From: Octopus sinensis
Lineage: Eukaryota
NCBI RefSeq assembly: GCF_006345805.1
Contig: NC_043005.1
Span: forward strand, 43,400,001 to 43,464,000
Length of the DNA stretch: 64,000 bases
Direction: 5' to 3'
Shown here: piece after piece, positions 42,241 through 52,921 of the stretch
Numbering within the stretch: position 1 is the first letter of the stretch
Layout of the letters: every line of letters begins with the position of its first letter
Program-made: the position numbers and the translations under genes
The notes under the pieces: model-generated
What the model saw: the letters and a program-made list of their open reading frames with translations, nothing else
Told to the model about the DNA's origin: nothing
Databases searched by the model: none

Positions 42241-42698
42241 TCATTTAATGTACATCTTATGAAGATGAGGACTACTAATAGTTTCTTGCTATGAAGACAC
42301 GGCTAGGCTTGTTTTTATAACATATCTTGTGTCTCCAAGTAATCTCCAGGCTCTGAGCACATGGTCTGTTCTATTTGAAAATCAGGATGCTGGTACATGA
42401 GAGATCACAAGAAAAAGACAAGAAGGTTGAGGCAAAAAGTGGAAGGGTGAATAAAAATGGAAAAAGAAAACAAATTCGTCAATTTTCTTTGCTTTCTTTT
42501 TTTCATTTTTGTTCACCCTTCCAGTTTTTGCATCAACCTTCTCATTTTGTTTCTCATATACCAGCATCCCGATTTTCAAGTAGAATAATAGACCATGTGT
42601 TCAGAGCCCAGAGATTGCTTGGAGCTGCAAGGTACATTATAAAAACCAGCCTAGTCTCATGTCTTCATAGCAAGAATGCATTAGTGTGCATTAAATGA
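42241..42698. repeat. ~460-bp quasi-palindrome (fold-back element)
   Basis: Left arm aligns to the reverse complement of the right arm over >200 bp (estimated 80-85% identity, several indels); centre near 42474-42482. Confidence 0.9.
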
Positions 42699-44019
42699 GA
42701 TGGATATATATATATATAGATAGATAAACAGAAGTAAATGAACAAATAAGAAATTTAGTGCTCAACATATTTGGTTAGAGTTACATGTATTTAATAACAA
42801 TCTGGCTTAACCCTTCATTACTTGATGTAAGGAACTGATTTTACCAATTATGTCATCCTGCTGATTGCCTGTCTGCTTTATCATGTAAATTTATGAATAA
42901 AATGATGCTTCGACAGTAAAGACAACTACATTATGCAAATTGAACAATGAAGGCCTAAATACTTAGAAGCGATTTTAAATTTTCACTGCTCTGTCTCCAA
43001 ACATCTGATGAATTGGATAGGCCCACGAAAGTTTTAAGAAATGCTGAGCTGAGTCAAACTGTTAGCAAATATGTGTGTGTGTGTTCTGCACACACGTATT
43101 GTGATTATGCACACACACACACATATAAATGAAATACTTTCTCTCTCAAAAAAGAAAGCTAATTCGGATATTAAATATAGTTAAATTTGGAGGAAAATTT
43201 TAAGTCAACATTATACTATATATATTTAAATCATGCAAAATATATCTATAAAACACTTTGAGAGTCATCCCCACTGCACTAAATCGCAGCCTACCAGCAA
43301 ACAAGCTGAGCAGATACATTGAGCATGTGTGTTCGATAATACAAAATCACACACCTACAAACACTTTATTCATTTACATCTTCAAAATCATTAAGCAGCA
43401 TTGTCCTATATTTTGCTATTGTTTGGAAAAAGTGTGTATGTATGTGTGTGCACACAAACACACGTATATAGAAATACATACATTATTTCATGTCATTTCC
43501 TTCCCCACCACATAATCACCACTATAGTCTATCATCTGTGGAACTCTTAAGAATAAAATATTCTCAGAAGAAATTCTGTCTTTTAAAAATATATTGCATT
43601 GTTGTCAAAACCAGGAGTGATATTTTAAATATATATATTTGGCTGATAAAAACTCACATTTGAATGACTTGAAAATATACAAAAAAAGAAATAATAAAAA
43701 AGGAAAGAAATAGGTACCAAATGGCTATGTGGAAGAAATGAATAAAATGAAACAATTTATTAAGGAAAATAATGGAATTGTGAGAGTTATATTAAATATA
43801 AGGAAAAAATGTTCTTGTTTAATTATTGACCTTCTTAATGTTGAAGACTAGGTGGTTTCTTTGTTATGACATCCACGTATTGGATTTTCACACAGACAAC
43901 TGGCATAAACATAATGAGAATAAGAATTAGTAACCAGAAGGCTTTTAACAGTGTTCCACAATTGTGCATTCTGGAAGCATTTGCCATGAGTGAGATTGAG
44001 ATAATAATAAGCTTATATA

Positions 44020-44236
44020 TTGGTTTCATATTTTGGCACAAGGCCAGAAATTTCGTAGGAGGGACTAAGTTGATTACATCAACCCCAGCGCTCGGCTGGT
44101 ACTTATTTTCTTGACTCTGAAAGGATGAAATGGAAAGTTAACCTTAGCGGAATTTGAACTCCAAACATAAAGACGGACAAAATATGGCTAAGCATTTTGC
44201 CTGGCATGCTAACAATTCTGCCTGATTGCCTGCCTT
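44020..44236 (-). mobile_element. SINE family B
   Basis: ttttggcacaaggcc...gaaaggatgaaa...ggaatttgaactc...ctaagcattttgcctggcatgctaac. Confidence 0.85.
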
Positions 44237-44294
44237 AATAAACTCATATATGAATTATATCATGAGTAATTAGCAAAAAAATTTTGTAGATACA

Positions 44295-44495
44295 GGCGCA
44301 GGTGTGGGTGCACAGTAAGAAGCTTGCTTCCCAACCATATGGTTGCAGGTTCAGTCCCCTTGGGAAAGTGTCTTCTACTATAACCTCAAACCAACTGAGG
44401 CTTCGTGTTTGGATTTGGTAGATGAAAACTGAAAGAAGCCCATCATGTATAATTATATATATTTATCTGTGTCTTTGTGTCAATGTTTGTCCCAA
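44295..44495 (+). mobile_element. SINE family A, 5' half
   Basis: ggcgcaggtgtggg...ggttcagtccc...ggatttggtagatgaaaactgaaagaagccc. Confidence 0.85.
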
Positions 44496-44760
44496 CTGTA
44501 TCCTGCGCTGCCAGACTTGGTCATCAATGGTCATCTGTTGCCTACATTGTTCTCGGATGTTGTTTGAGATTTGGTCACATAGAGAGACACCAAAGATTTG
44601 ATGAAGACACCGCATTTGGAAACCCTTGAGCTTGTTCAGGTCTTGTTTGAGGATGCTCCAAATCTCAGTGCTATCTGGAAGAAGCCCAACATCTCCCTAA
44701 GGACCAAGATCTATCCTTTCCATACACTGGTTCTGCCTGTCTCCTACAGAGCTGGGACTT
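44490..44760. mobile_element. RTE RT C-terminal fragment with internal inversion
   Basis: Minus 44655-44490 reads ILKQDLNKLKGFQMRCLHQIFGVSL...QRRIQ; plus 44663-44760 reads LSAIWKKPNISLRTKIYPFHTLVLPVSYRAGT. Confidence 0.8.
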
Positions 44761-45069
44761 AATATCATATTAAATAAAGAAACAGAAAGAATTAAACCAA
44801 AATCAAAGTACTCGATAGAGTACAACAGAAAGTAAAGCTTACACAGGAATAATGTAAAAGGCATCAGAAAAACTTGCAGGAACACTGCACCTCAACCAGT
44901 TTTCTGCTAGTAGATAAATGATGTACATCTGATTCCCAGTTTGAGTAATTTTTCCTAACAAGTTACTTTTAATTTTCCTTTGTATTCTTTGTTTAATAGT
45001 ATGCACTTGCTCATTAAATAAATTAGGGATAACTACAGAAGTGTGCCCCATGCCACCAATTTTGTTTCC

Positions 45070-45290
45070 TCATAACTTTCTTTGTCCCCTACTACTGTTT
45101 GATGGCTGGTGTTGGTTTGTTTATGGCCCCATAATTCAATGGTTTGGCAAAAGTGACCAAGAGAATAAATATCAGGTTTTTAAAAAAAGAAGTCTTGGGG
45201 TCGATTCAATTGGCTAAAATTTTTTCTAGATAGTGCCTCAGCATGGCCACAGTCAAATGACTGAAACAAGTTAAAGATAAATGATATATA
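45070..45290 (+). mobile_element. SINE family A, 3' half
   Basis: ggcaaaagtgacc...agaataa...cagcatggccacagtcaaatgactgaaacaag. Confidence 0.75.
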
Positions 45291-45313
45291 TAAAATGATA
45301 AATTATATATTTA

Positions 45314-45735
45314 GGCACTCGCATGGCTGTGTGGTTAAGAAACTCACTTTGCATTCATGTGTTTTTGTGTTCAGTCCCGCTGCATCATACCTTGGATTTG
45401 GACAAGAGTTTTTTACTATTGTCCCAGGTTGATCAAGACCTTGTGAGTGAATTTGGTAGATTGAAACTGTTCAGAATCCTGATGTGTGTGTACATGTGTG
45501 TGTGCATGCGTGTGTGTGTGTGTATGTGTGTGTGTGTGTTTGTGTAGGTGTCTCCCTGCCACCACTTGACAACCAGCATTGATTTGTTTATTTCCCTGTA
45601 ACTTAGTGGTTTGGGAAAAAGTGACCAATAGAATAAACACCACACTTTAAAATAGAATCGATTGATTCAACTACACCTTTCAAGGCAGTATCCCAGCATG
45701 GCCACAGTCCAAGGACTGAAACAATTTAGTAAAGA
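45314..45735 (+). mobile_element. SINE family A, full length, decayed
   Basis: Head, central (GT)n and tail colinear with 51699-52088. Confidence 0.8.
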
Positions 45736-45776
45736 AAACAATTAAAAGGAACATGGCTAAATTAGACAAAGAAATA

Positions 45777-45976
45777 TTGGTTTCGATTTTGGCACAAGGC
45801 CAGCAACTTCAGGGGAAGGGGTATAATTACATCGACCCCCCCCACCCCAGAGATCAATTGGTACTTATTTTATCGACCCTGAAAGGATGAAAGACAAAGT
45901 TGACTTCAGTAAAATTTGAACTAGAACATAAAGGTGTACAAAATGCATACTAAAGATTCTGCCAGCTCACTGCCAT
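45777..45976 (-). mobile_element. SINE family B
   Basis: Colinear with 49631-49863. Confidence 0.8.
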
Positions 45977-46434
45977 ATAAAAAGAGAAATATAACAAAAA
46001 TTGCTTGAAAAAGTAGGACTCAATGGTATAACTGATGGATTCTTGATTATAGCATAGAGCCAAATCCTTTCCGCCCACAAATGTTAGTAGCTGAAGAATA
46101 TGTGGAGGTTAGGAAGAAACAATTAATTACATTTTCTCTGAAATGTTGAAAGAAAATGAGTTTGTGTAAATGTCCACAGGAAAGATCTCTGAGAATGACA
46201 AAGCAAGCAGATTAACAGAGAGATTAAGACTAATCACCTAAATATTGTCATCAAGTTGAAACAGGAAAGAAACTGCCATCTAATCTAAGTATCAGTCTCA
46301 ATACATGTTAATGTATCTCTAAAAGGACTGGAGAAATTATCATCAAAATATGCAGATCTAGAAATAGAGGTAATCAGAATGAAGGGAGTAAAAACAAAAC
46401 AGTCATTATGATAATCTTTTCTACTATAAGCAGG

Positions 46435-46630
46435 AAGCCTGAAATTTGGCGGGGCAGAGGCTAGATGATAACACTGACCATAATGATCAACTGGTATTTG
46501 TTTTACTGATCCCAAAAAGGATGAAAAGCAAAGTAGACTTGGGCAACATTTGAATTCAGAATGTTAAGGCAGACAAAATACTACAAAGCATTCTGTCAGC
46601 ATCCTACTGATTCTGCCAACTCACTGCCTT
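46435..46630 (-). mobile_element. SINE family B, decayed
   Basis: aaggatgaaaagcaaagtagac...atttgaattcagaatg...tctgccaactcactgcctt. Confidence 0.75.
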
Positions 46631-46688
46631 AACCCTTTCTTTACTGTATTTCTGTTGAGAAGCTCTATGTTTCTTCCAAATACTTTAA

Positions 46689-46907
46689 CCCTTTAGTGTT
46701 CTGATTATTCTATCAAACATAATGCTTATTGATTTACATTGATTTGAATTAATCATGCGTTATCTCATATCTTCAAGATCTTGATGGTGTAATTACCTAA
46801 TGTAGAATAACATTGTAGGGTAGGTGTGAGAGCCTGGATCTGGTCAGTTTGAACATAAAACAGATTAAATATTTTGGCCGGACATGGCTGGTTTAAATAC
46901 TAAAGGG
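46689..46907. mobile_element. piggyBac-like MITE (219 bp)
   Basis: TTAA TSD at 46685-46688 and 46908-46911; TIRs CCCTTTAGTGTT / AATACTAAAGGG (11/12 match). Confidence 0.9.
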
Positions 46908-46923
46908 TTAAATATAACAAAGT

Positions 46924-47236
46924 GGAGGCGCAATGGCCTAGTGGTTAGGGCAGCGGACTTGTGGTCATAGGATCGCAGTTTCGATTCCCAGACCGGGCGT
47001 TGTGAGTGTTTATTGAGCGAAAACACCTAAAAGCTCCACGAGGCTCTGGCAGGGGGTGGTGGCGATCCCTGCTGTACTCTTTCGCCACAACTTTCTCTCA
47101 CTCTTTCTTCTGTTGGCCTGCTCACTTAGCCAGCGGGGTGGCGTCATTTGAAGGCTAAAACAATGCGAAGCGCATTGTGACAAGCGATGTGTAACAACAT
47201 CTGATGGCCTGGTCGGTCACGGTGATCACGGTGATA
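46924..47236 (+). mobile_element. tRNA-derived SINE family C
   Basis: A box TGGCCTAGTGG, B box GTTTCGATTCC, no acceptor-stem pairing, followed by ~240 nt of non-tRNA body. Confidence 0.85.
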
Positions 47237-47374
47237 ACAAAGAATTTAGTAAAATAACTTAGTTATGATTAAGCTAGTTTTAGGAACATAAATTGTGACT
47301 AAGGTTTGGTGGAAGATTTTTATTCAAAACTTCTGAAAACAAGACATTTGTACTACAGAGCCAGAGCAGGTTTA

Positions 47375-47870
47375 TAATAATGGTTTCAAATATTGGCACA
47401 AGGCCAATCATTTCAGAGGAGGGTTTAAATCGATTAAATCAACCCCAGTTTTCAACAGGTACTTAAGGCAAAGTCAATCCTGGCAGAATTTGAACTCAGA
47501 ATGTAAAGATTGTCAAAATACCTATTTCTTTATTACCCACAAGGGGCTAAACATAGAGGAGACAAACAAGGACAGACATAGGTATTAAGTCGATTACAAC
47601 GACCCCAGTGCATAACTGGTACTTAATTTATTGACCCCGAAAGGATGAAAGGTAAACTCGACCTCGGCGGAATTTGAACTCACAACATAACGGCAGACAA
47701 AATACTGCTAAGCATTTCGCCCGATCAGTATTTTGTCTGCTGTTATGTTGTGAGTTCAAATTCTGCCAAGGTCGACTTTACCTTTCATCCTTTCGGATGA
47801 AGATTGTCAAAATACCATTAAGCATTTTGCCCAGCATCTTAGAAATCCTGCCAGCTCACTGCCTTCACAC
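47375..47870 (-). mobile_element. Old SINE family B interrupted by a younger family-B copy
   Basis: The host sequence resumes after the insert; 17-bp TSD aagattgtcaaaatacc at 47506-47522 and 47800-47816. Confidence 0.85.
47523..47799 (-). mobile_element. Young SINE family B with inverted-duplicated 5' end
   Basis: Arms 47637-47707 and 47726-47796 are 71-bp inverted repeats with 4 differences; 18-nt loop. Confidence 0.9.
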
Positions 47871-47879
47871 TACATACAA

Positions 47880-48105
47880 TATTAGTTTCAAATTTTGGCA
47901 CAAGATCAGCTGTTATGGGAGAGGGGTAAGTTGATTAAATCAACCCCAGTGTTCAACTGGTACTTATTTTATTGACTCTGGAATGATAAAAAGCAAAGTC
48001 AACCTCAGCAGAATTTGAACTCAGCACGTAAAGTTGGATGAGATGCTGCTAAACACTTTACCCCCAGAGTGCTAATGATTTCTGCCACCTTGCCATCCTG
48101 CAGTA
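47880..48105 (-). mobile_element. SINE family B
   Basis: ttttggcacaag...aaccccagtgttcaactggtactta...gaatttgaactcag. Confidence 0.8.
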
Positions 48106-48932
48106 CTTATAATATTAACAGATGGTTTGGGAAATCATTAAAAAAAAGATACTGGAAGTAAACACTAAAAACCATAACCCCAAGACTTACCAAGATGAGA
48201 CTATTAGACATGACAGTATGGACACTGATGATTGGTCAGAGCTGACAGGATATTGAACCTGTTTAGGCAACAGTGCCTTTTGGCTCTAGAAGCAAACATA
48301 CACGCATGCACAGCATGCAGAAATATATACAAGGTCTGATGGAAAAGTATCAGGACTGTTACTATTGTAACAGAGCTAAACTATGCAGAGTGAAGCCACA
48401 GGGTACAGATTGACCTTGATCTCTGCTGGACATCACTCTAACTTATAACGTTCTCATTTACATCCATTGCTTATGGCAGTACTTGGAAGTAAAGTGTGTA
48501 TGGTATGGTCATTACACCACACCACAGAGGTTCTATCAGTGAGCATGATATAGGAAATTGTGTGTGTGTGTATATGGTTGTATGTTTATGTGTGTCTGTA
48601 TGCGCATGTGTATATAGGGGAGAGAGAGAGCCGGGGGGGGGGGCATGCGTGCATGGAAAGAAACATGGCATGAAGGTTATTATGCCCAAGAATCTTTTAA
48701 AAAAATCAAATTCCACTGCAAAGGAAGAAGATTTTAAGACATTGAGGAAACTTAAAAGAATGCAGCTGCTCACTCTCAGAAGAGAGAGAACCAAAGAAGC
48801 ATGATATAACATTTGGTGTCAAGTGAGTCAGCATCAATTCAGCAATACCAAGTGTGGTGAGGTCAGGGTGGTGGAAGTAGCAAAATGGCTGTGCCGTAAG
48901 ATCTCATACCCAAGTCTTACGAATGTGAACAA

Positions 48933-49262
48933 TCATCATCATCATTGTTCGACCGTGGTCGAGACAATGGAATTTACCATGCTACGCCAGACTTCACGGT
49001 CCATCATGGCATTACGGAGGTCCTGTTGCTGGATGCCTGTATCCCTGGAGATTACATCAGGGTAGGAGAGTGTGCGCCCTCTGGTATTGCGAGTAGATGG
49101 CTTCCAGAGGAGAAGGGTAGAAATTACTTCTTTTTCAGCTCTACAACAATGTCCAGCAAACTGGACTCTCCTACCTTTCACAAGAGATGACACAGGTGGT
49201 AGTTTCCCATATATTTGCATTTTGGTTGGATAGCGCTTCCACGAGAGATTTTGAACAAGCAG
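48933..49262 (-). mobile_element. RTE LINE 3' fragment (second family) with (TGA)n tail
   Basis: RRVQFAGHCCRAEKEVISTLLLWKP...DLRNAMMDREVWRSMV...* followed by tgatgatgat. Confidence 0.9.
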
Positions 49263-49276
49263 GCATAGGAAATAAG

Positions 49277-49948
49277 GTGTAACTGTCGGGTAAGAAGGTT
49301 GCTTCCTAGCCACATGGGTTCACTTCAATCCTATTGTGTGGCAACTGTGGCAAGTGTTTACTACTATAGACTCAGGCTGATCGAAGAATTGTGAGTGGAT
49401 TTAGTAGACCGAAAATATATCATGTGTGTGTTTGTGTGTGTGTGAGTGCGTGTGTATAAGTGTGTGTGTGTTTGTGTTTGTGTTTGTCCCCCACCTTGCT
49501 TGACACCCGGTAACGGTGTGTTTACGTCCCCTTAATCTAGCATTTCAACAAAAGAGAACAATAGATTAAGTGACAGGCTTTAAAAAAAATGAGACAAGTA
49601 CAGGGGACGATTCCTTCCACTAAAAATTCTTATTTCTTTATTGCCCACAAGAAGCTAAATAAAGAGGGGACAAACAAGGACAGACAAAGGGATTAAGTCA
49701 ATTGCATCGACCCCAGTACGTAACTGGTACTTAATTTATCGACCCCAAAAGGATGAAAGGCAAAGTCAACCTCGGCGGAATTTGAACTCGGAACGTAACA
49801 GCAGATGAAATACCACTAAGCACTTCGCCCGGCGTGCTAACGTTTCTGTCAGCTTGCCGCCTTCTCATTCAACTAAAAATTCTTCAAGGCGTTGCTCCAG
49901 CATGGCTGCAATCTAATTATTCAAATCAAGTAAAAGTTAAAAGATGAT
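49277..49948 (+). mobile_element. SINE family A containing a nested family-B copy
   Basis: Head, (GT)n centre and tail around the insert. Confidence 0.8.
49631..49863 (-). mobile_element. Young SINE family B
   Basis: CpG-retaining copy; duplicated actaaaaattct (>=12-bp TSD) on both sides. Confidence 0.9.
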
Positions 49949-50519
49949 AAACACTAATATAACAACACCGAAACAAAACACAGCAACACAGCACCTGCCA
50001 AATACACTCATAACTATTCTTGGTAACTTAGTGAAAACATAATAAAAAACAAACAAGCAGATTAGCATAAACCAATAATGGAAACTAAAATTTCACAAAC
50101 CAGTAATCTGAATGTAATGTCAACTAATTAAATTATTAATAAAAACTATCTTTAATAAAAAGAGACGCGTTAAAGGCGTGTTATGGCCTGTGATAGCATA
50201 ATTTTCTAATGACTATCTGCATTGAAAATTGAGTATGCTATTGAAGAAAGATTCTAACACAGTCATTTAACCTGCTAACTTGTGACTAAATCTTGTTTGT
50301 CTTTGACAACAAATCTAAATATCTCAGGTTTTGATTCTGTATGTTGTATGAGCAGACATTCTATGTCCATAATTTGTGTATGCAACATTTAACTTATGTG
50401 GCGTACACACACACAAGTTTCATTTCTCAATCACCATCTGATCTGCTAATAAGATGTAAACACATGTTAAATAAGAATGATTTCTAACATGGGTATAAGT
50501 CCATGCACCACACTAGCAC

Positions 50520-50785
50520 AGTGTCAACCAGTTATACATTGCTAGTCACAATGCGCTTCGCATTGTTTGAGATTTCGAATGAAGTCACCTTGCTGGCTAA
50601 ATGAGGAGGGCAAAATTTCCCCATAATCTGAAGGCTATTCCGTCACAAGGTTACCCATTTACAGCTGAGTGGACTGGAACAATGTGAAATGAAGTGTTTT
50701 GCACAAGACACCACCCGGTCCTGGAACTGAACTCATGATCTAGCGATTGCAAGTGCAATACCTTAATCACTAAACTACCCACCTT
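50520..50785 (-). mobile_element. tRNA-type SINE (family D head, family-C-like tail)
   Basis: Minus strand gagttcagttcc B box, ccactcagctgtaaatgggt core, and aacaatgcgaagcgcattgtgac shared with 47160. Confidence 0.7.
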
Positions 50786-50923
50786 CACATAATCCACTTA
50801 TATGGACTCCAATACTTGACAGGTATTTTATTTTGTCTGTTATGGAAGAGCAAAAGACAAATTTGACTCCGGATGAGGCTGGTATAATAAATACTACAGC
50901 GTATTTGCTATTATTTCACTATA

Positions 50924-51437
50924 CTGTAAATCCTCGAGTATAGTCCGCCCTTGAGTATAATACACAGGGGATTTTTAGGAGGCTGTACCTCTGAAAAACC
51001 TAAATCTTGTGTATAATATGCATCCCTTCTCTAACTTGAGTCAAGGAGGTCTATATTAACGTCCTTGGTTTGTAAAACTGTATACGGTAACATCCTTTAT
51101 TATTATTGTATATACAGCATAATGCAAACATGTAGCTTTTTTGTGCATTTTGTCTGCAGAAAATAAAGAAATAACAGTAATAACGTTTAATAAATGTTGC
51201 TTACTGCAAGTTATGGATGATTCTTTTATGACTTCATTGCTTTCAGGCTTAGCTTAAGGTATTTTCGTGCCCGACATCACAACATGCGTCTGAATAAACA
51301 TTGCCGGGCAGCAAATAGAGACTCGGACATTGCTTAAAAAATGATTTTCATTTTTAACTTCGTATATAGTACGCACTAGGGATTTTGACCTTTAAATTTT
51401 GGGGAAAAAAATGCAGATTATACTCGAGGATTTACGG
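50924..51437. mobile_element. Tc1/mariner-superfamily (pogo/Tigger-like) MITE, 514 bp
   Basis: TA TSD on both sides; TIRs CTGTAAATCCTCGAGTATAGTC vs reverse complement CCGTAAATCCTCGAGTATAATC. Confidence 0.9.
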
Positions 51438-51440
51438 TAA

Positions 51441-51665
51441 ATAAAAACCATGAGCTGGCAGAATCATTTGCATGCTGTGCAAAATACTTAGTGGCATTTC
51501 GTCTGTACCTATGTTCGTTCTAAGTTCAAATTCTGCCGAGGTCGACTTTACTGTTCATCCTTTCAGAGATGATGAAATAAGTACCAGTTATGCAGTGGGG
51601 TCGATGTAATCAACTACCCCCCCTTCACAATTTCAGGCCTTGTGCTTTTAGCAGAAAGAATTATT
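51441..51665 (+). mobile_element. SINE family B
   Basis: gagctggcagaatc...aagttcaaattctgccgaggtcgac...ggggtcgatgtaatc. Confidence 0.85.
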
Positions 51666-51698
51666 TATTATTATTATTATAATACATACATACATATA

Positions 51699-52088
51699 GG
51701 CGCAGGAGTGGCTGTGTGGTAAGTAGCTTGCTAACCAACCACATGGTTCCGGGTTCAGTCCTACTGCGTGGCATCTTGGGCAAGTGTCTTCTGCTATAGG
51801 CCGACCAAAGCCTTGTGAGTGGATTTGGTAGACGGAAACTGAAAGAAGCTTGTCGTATATATATATATATATATGTGTATATGTGTATGTGTTTGTCCCC
51901 CTAGCATTGCTTGACAACCGATGCTGGTGTGTTTACGTCCCTGTCACTTAGCGGTTCGGCAAAAGAGACCGATAGAATAAGTACTGGTCTTACAAAGAAT
52001 AAGTCCCGGGGTTGATTTACTCGACTAAAGGCGGTGCTCCAGCATGGTCGCAGTCAAATGACTGAAACAAGTAAAAGAGTAAAGAGTA
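51699..52088 (+). mobile_element. Young full-length SINE family A
   Basis: GGCGCAGGAGTGGCTGTGTGGTAAG head, GGTTCAGTCC B box, central (TA/TG)n, (GAGTAAA)n tail. Confidence 0.92.
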
Positions 52089-52419
52089 TTGCTTTACTTC
52101 TCAGAGCGCTCGATCTTGTTTGCTCTGGTTGATTCTGTGGGAGTGGACAACAGCCTGCAGTCAGAAGTCTCACAGGGTCTCTTTCCTCACATTATAAAGC
52201 TTTATACTTGGTTTTTTAATTATCGTACGTGACATTCAGCATCCAACTACCAAAGCATAAAAGAATATATATATATATGTATATATCAGCTTCCTGATGA
52301 TTTCATTTGAATGAAACAGTTCTAGTCCTGTTGAAGCTCCTTCTATAAAATAAATTAATTTACTCTGCTATGTATTGAGTACCTTATTTACTGTGGTTAA
52401 CCCCGACTCAACCCGGGGC

Positions 52420-52455
52420 CTACATATATGTATATATATATAGGCATACACACAC

Positions 52456-52490
<35 letters not shown>

Positions 52491-52495
52491 TACAT

Positions 52496-52529
<34 letters not shown>

Positions 52530-52595
52530 GTATGTATCTTTGTATGTATGTAATTTATGTATATACATATGTATGTATGTATGTATGTATGTATA
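52420..52595. repeat. (CATA)n/(CA)n/(TATG)n microsatellite
   Basis: Direct reading of the repeat. Confidence 0.9.
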
Positions 52596-52921
52596 AGATC
52601 ACCTTGACGTATGATAGGAGAGAACAGATGATCGATAGAGTCTGGAGTAATGTTCTTACTTACTAACCCACTAATGTGTACGGTCAACAAGTCTATCAAG
52701 GGTGAGGGCGTGGTCCCGGTTGTATAATTAGCATAGATAACACACAACATGCTCTGAACTTAATATTTTATTGACCACATTTTTGTCTTGTTAAACAGCC
52801 TAATCAACCTTTTCAATGTCAAATGTATACAGGCGACGCCCTTTCTGTAATTTCTCAGACTTTTTTTACAAATTCTTCATTCCTTGGGCAACAAACTTGT
52901 TATTTGTAATGTAGAAATATT

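Noticed and set aside
46924-47000. tRNA gene
   Set aside because: A and B boxes are present but there is no acceptor-stem pairing and it continues into a SINE body
48200-48289. Minus-strand exon candidate with TTG|GTAAGT donor
   Set aside because: Isolated, no recognisable peptide, expected by chance at this window size
48327-48480. Mariner-like terminal sequence tacaaggtctgatggaaaagtatcaggact
   Set aside because: No partner TIR or transposase remnant found
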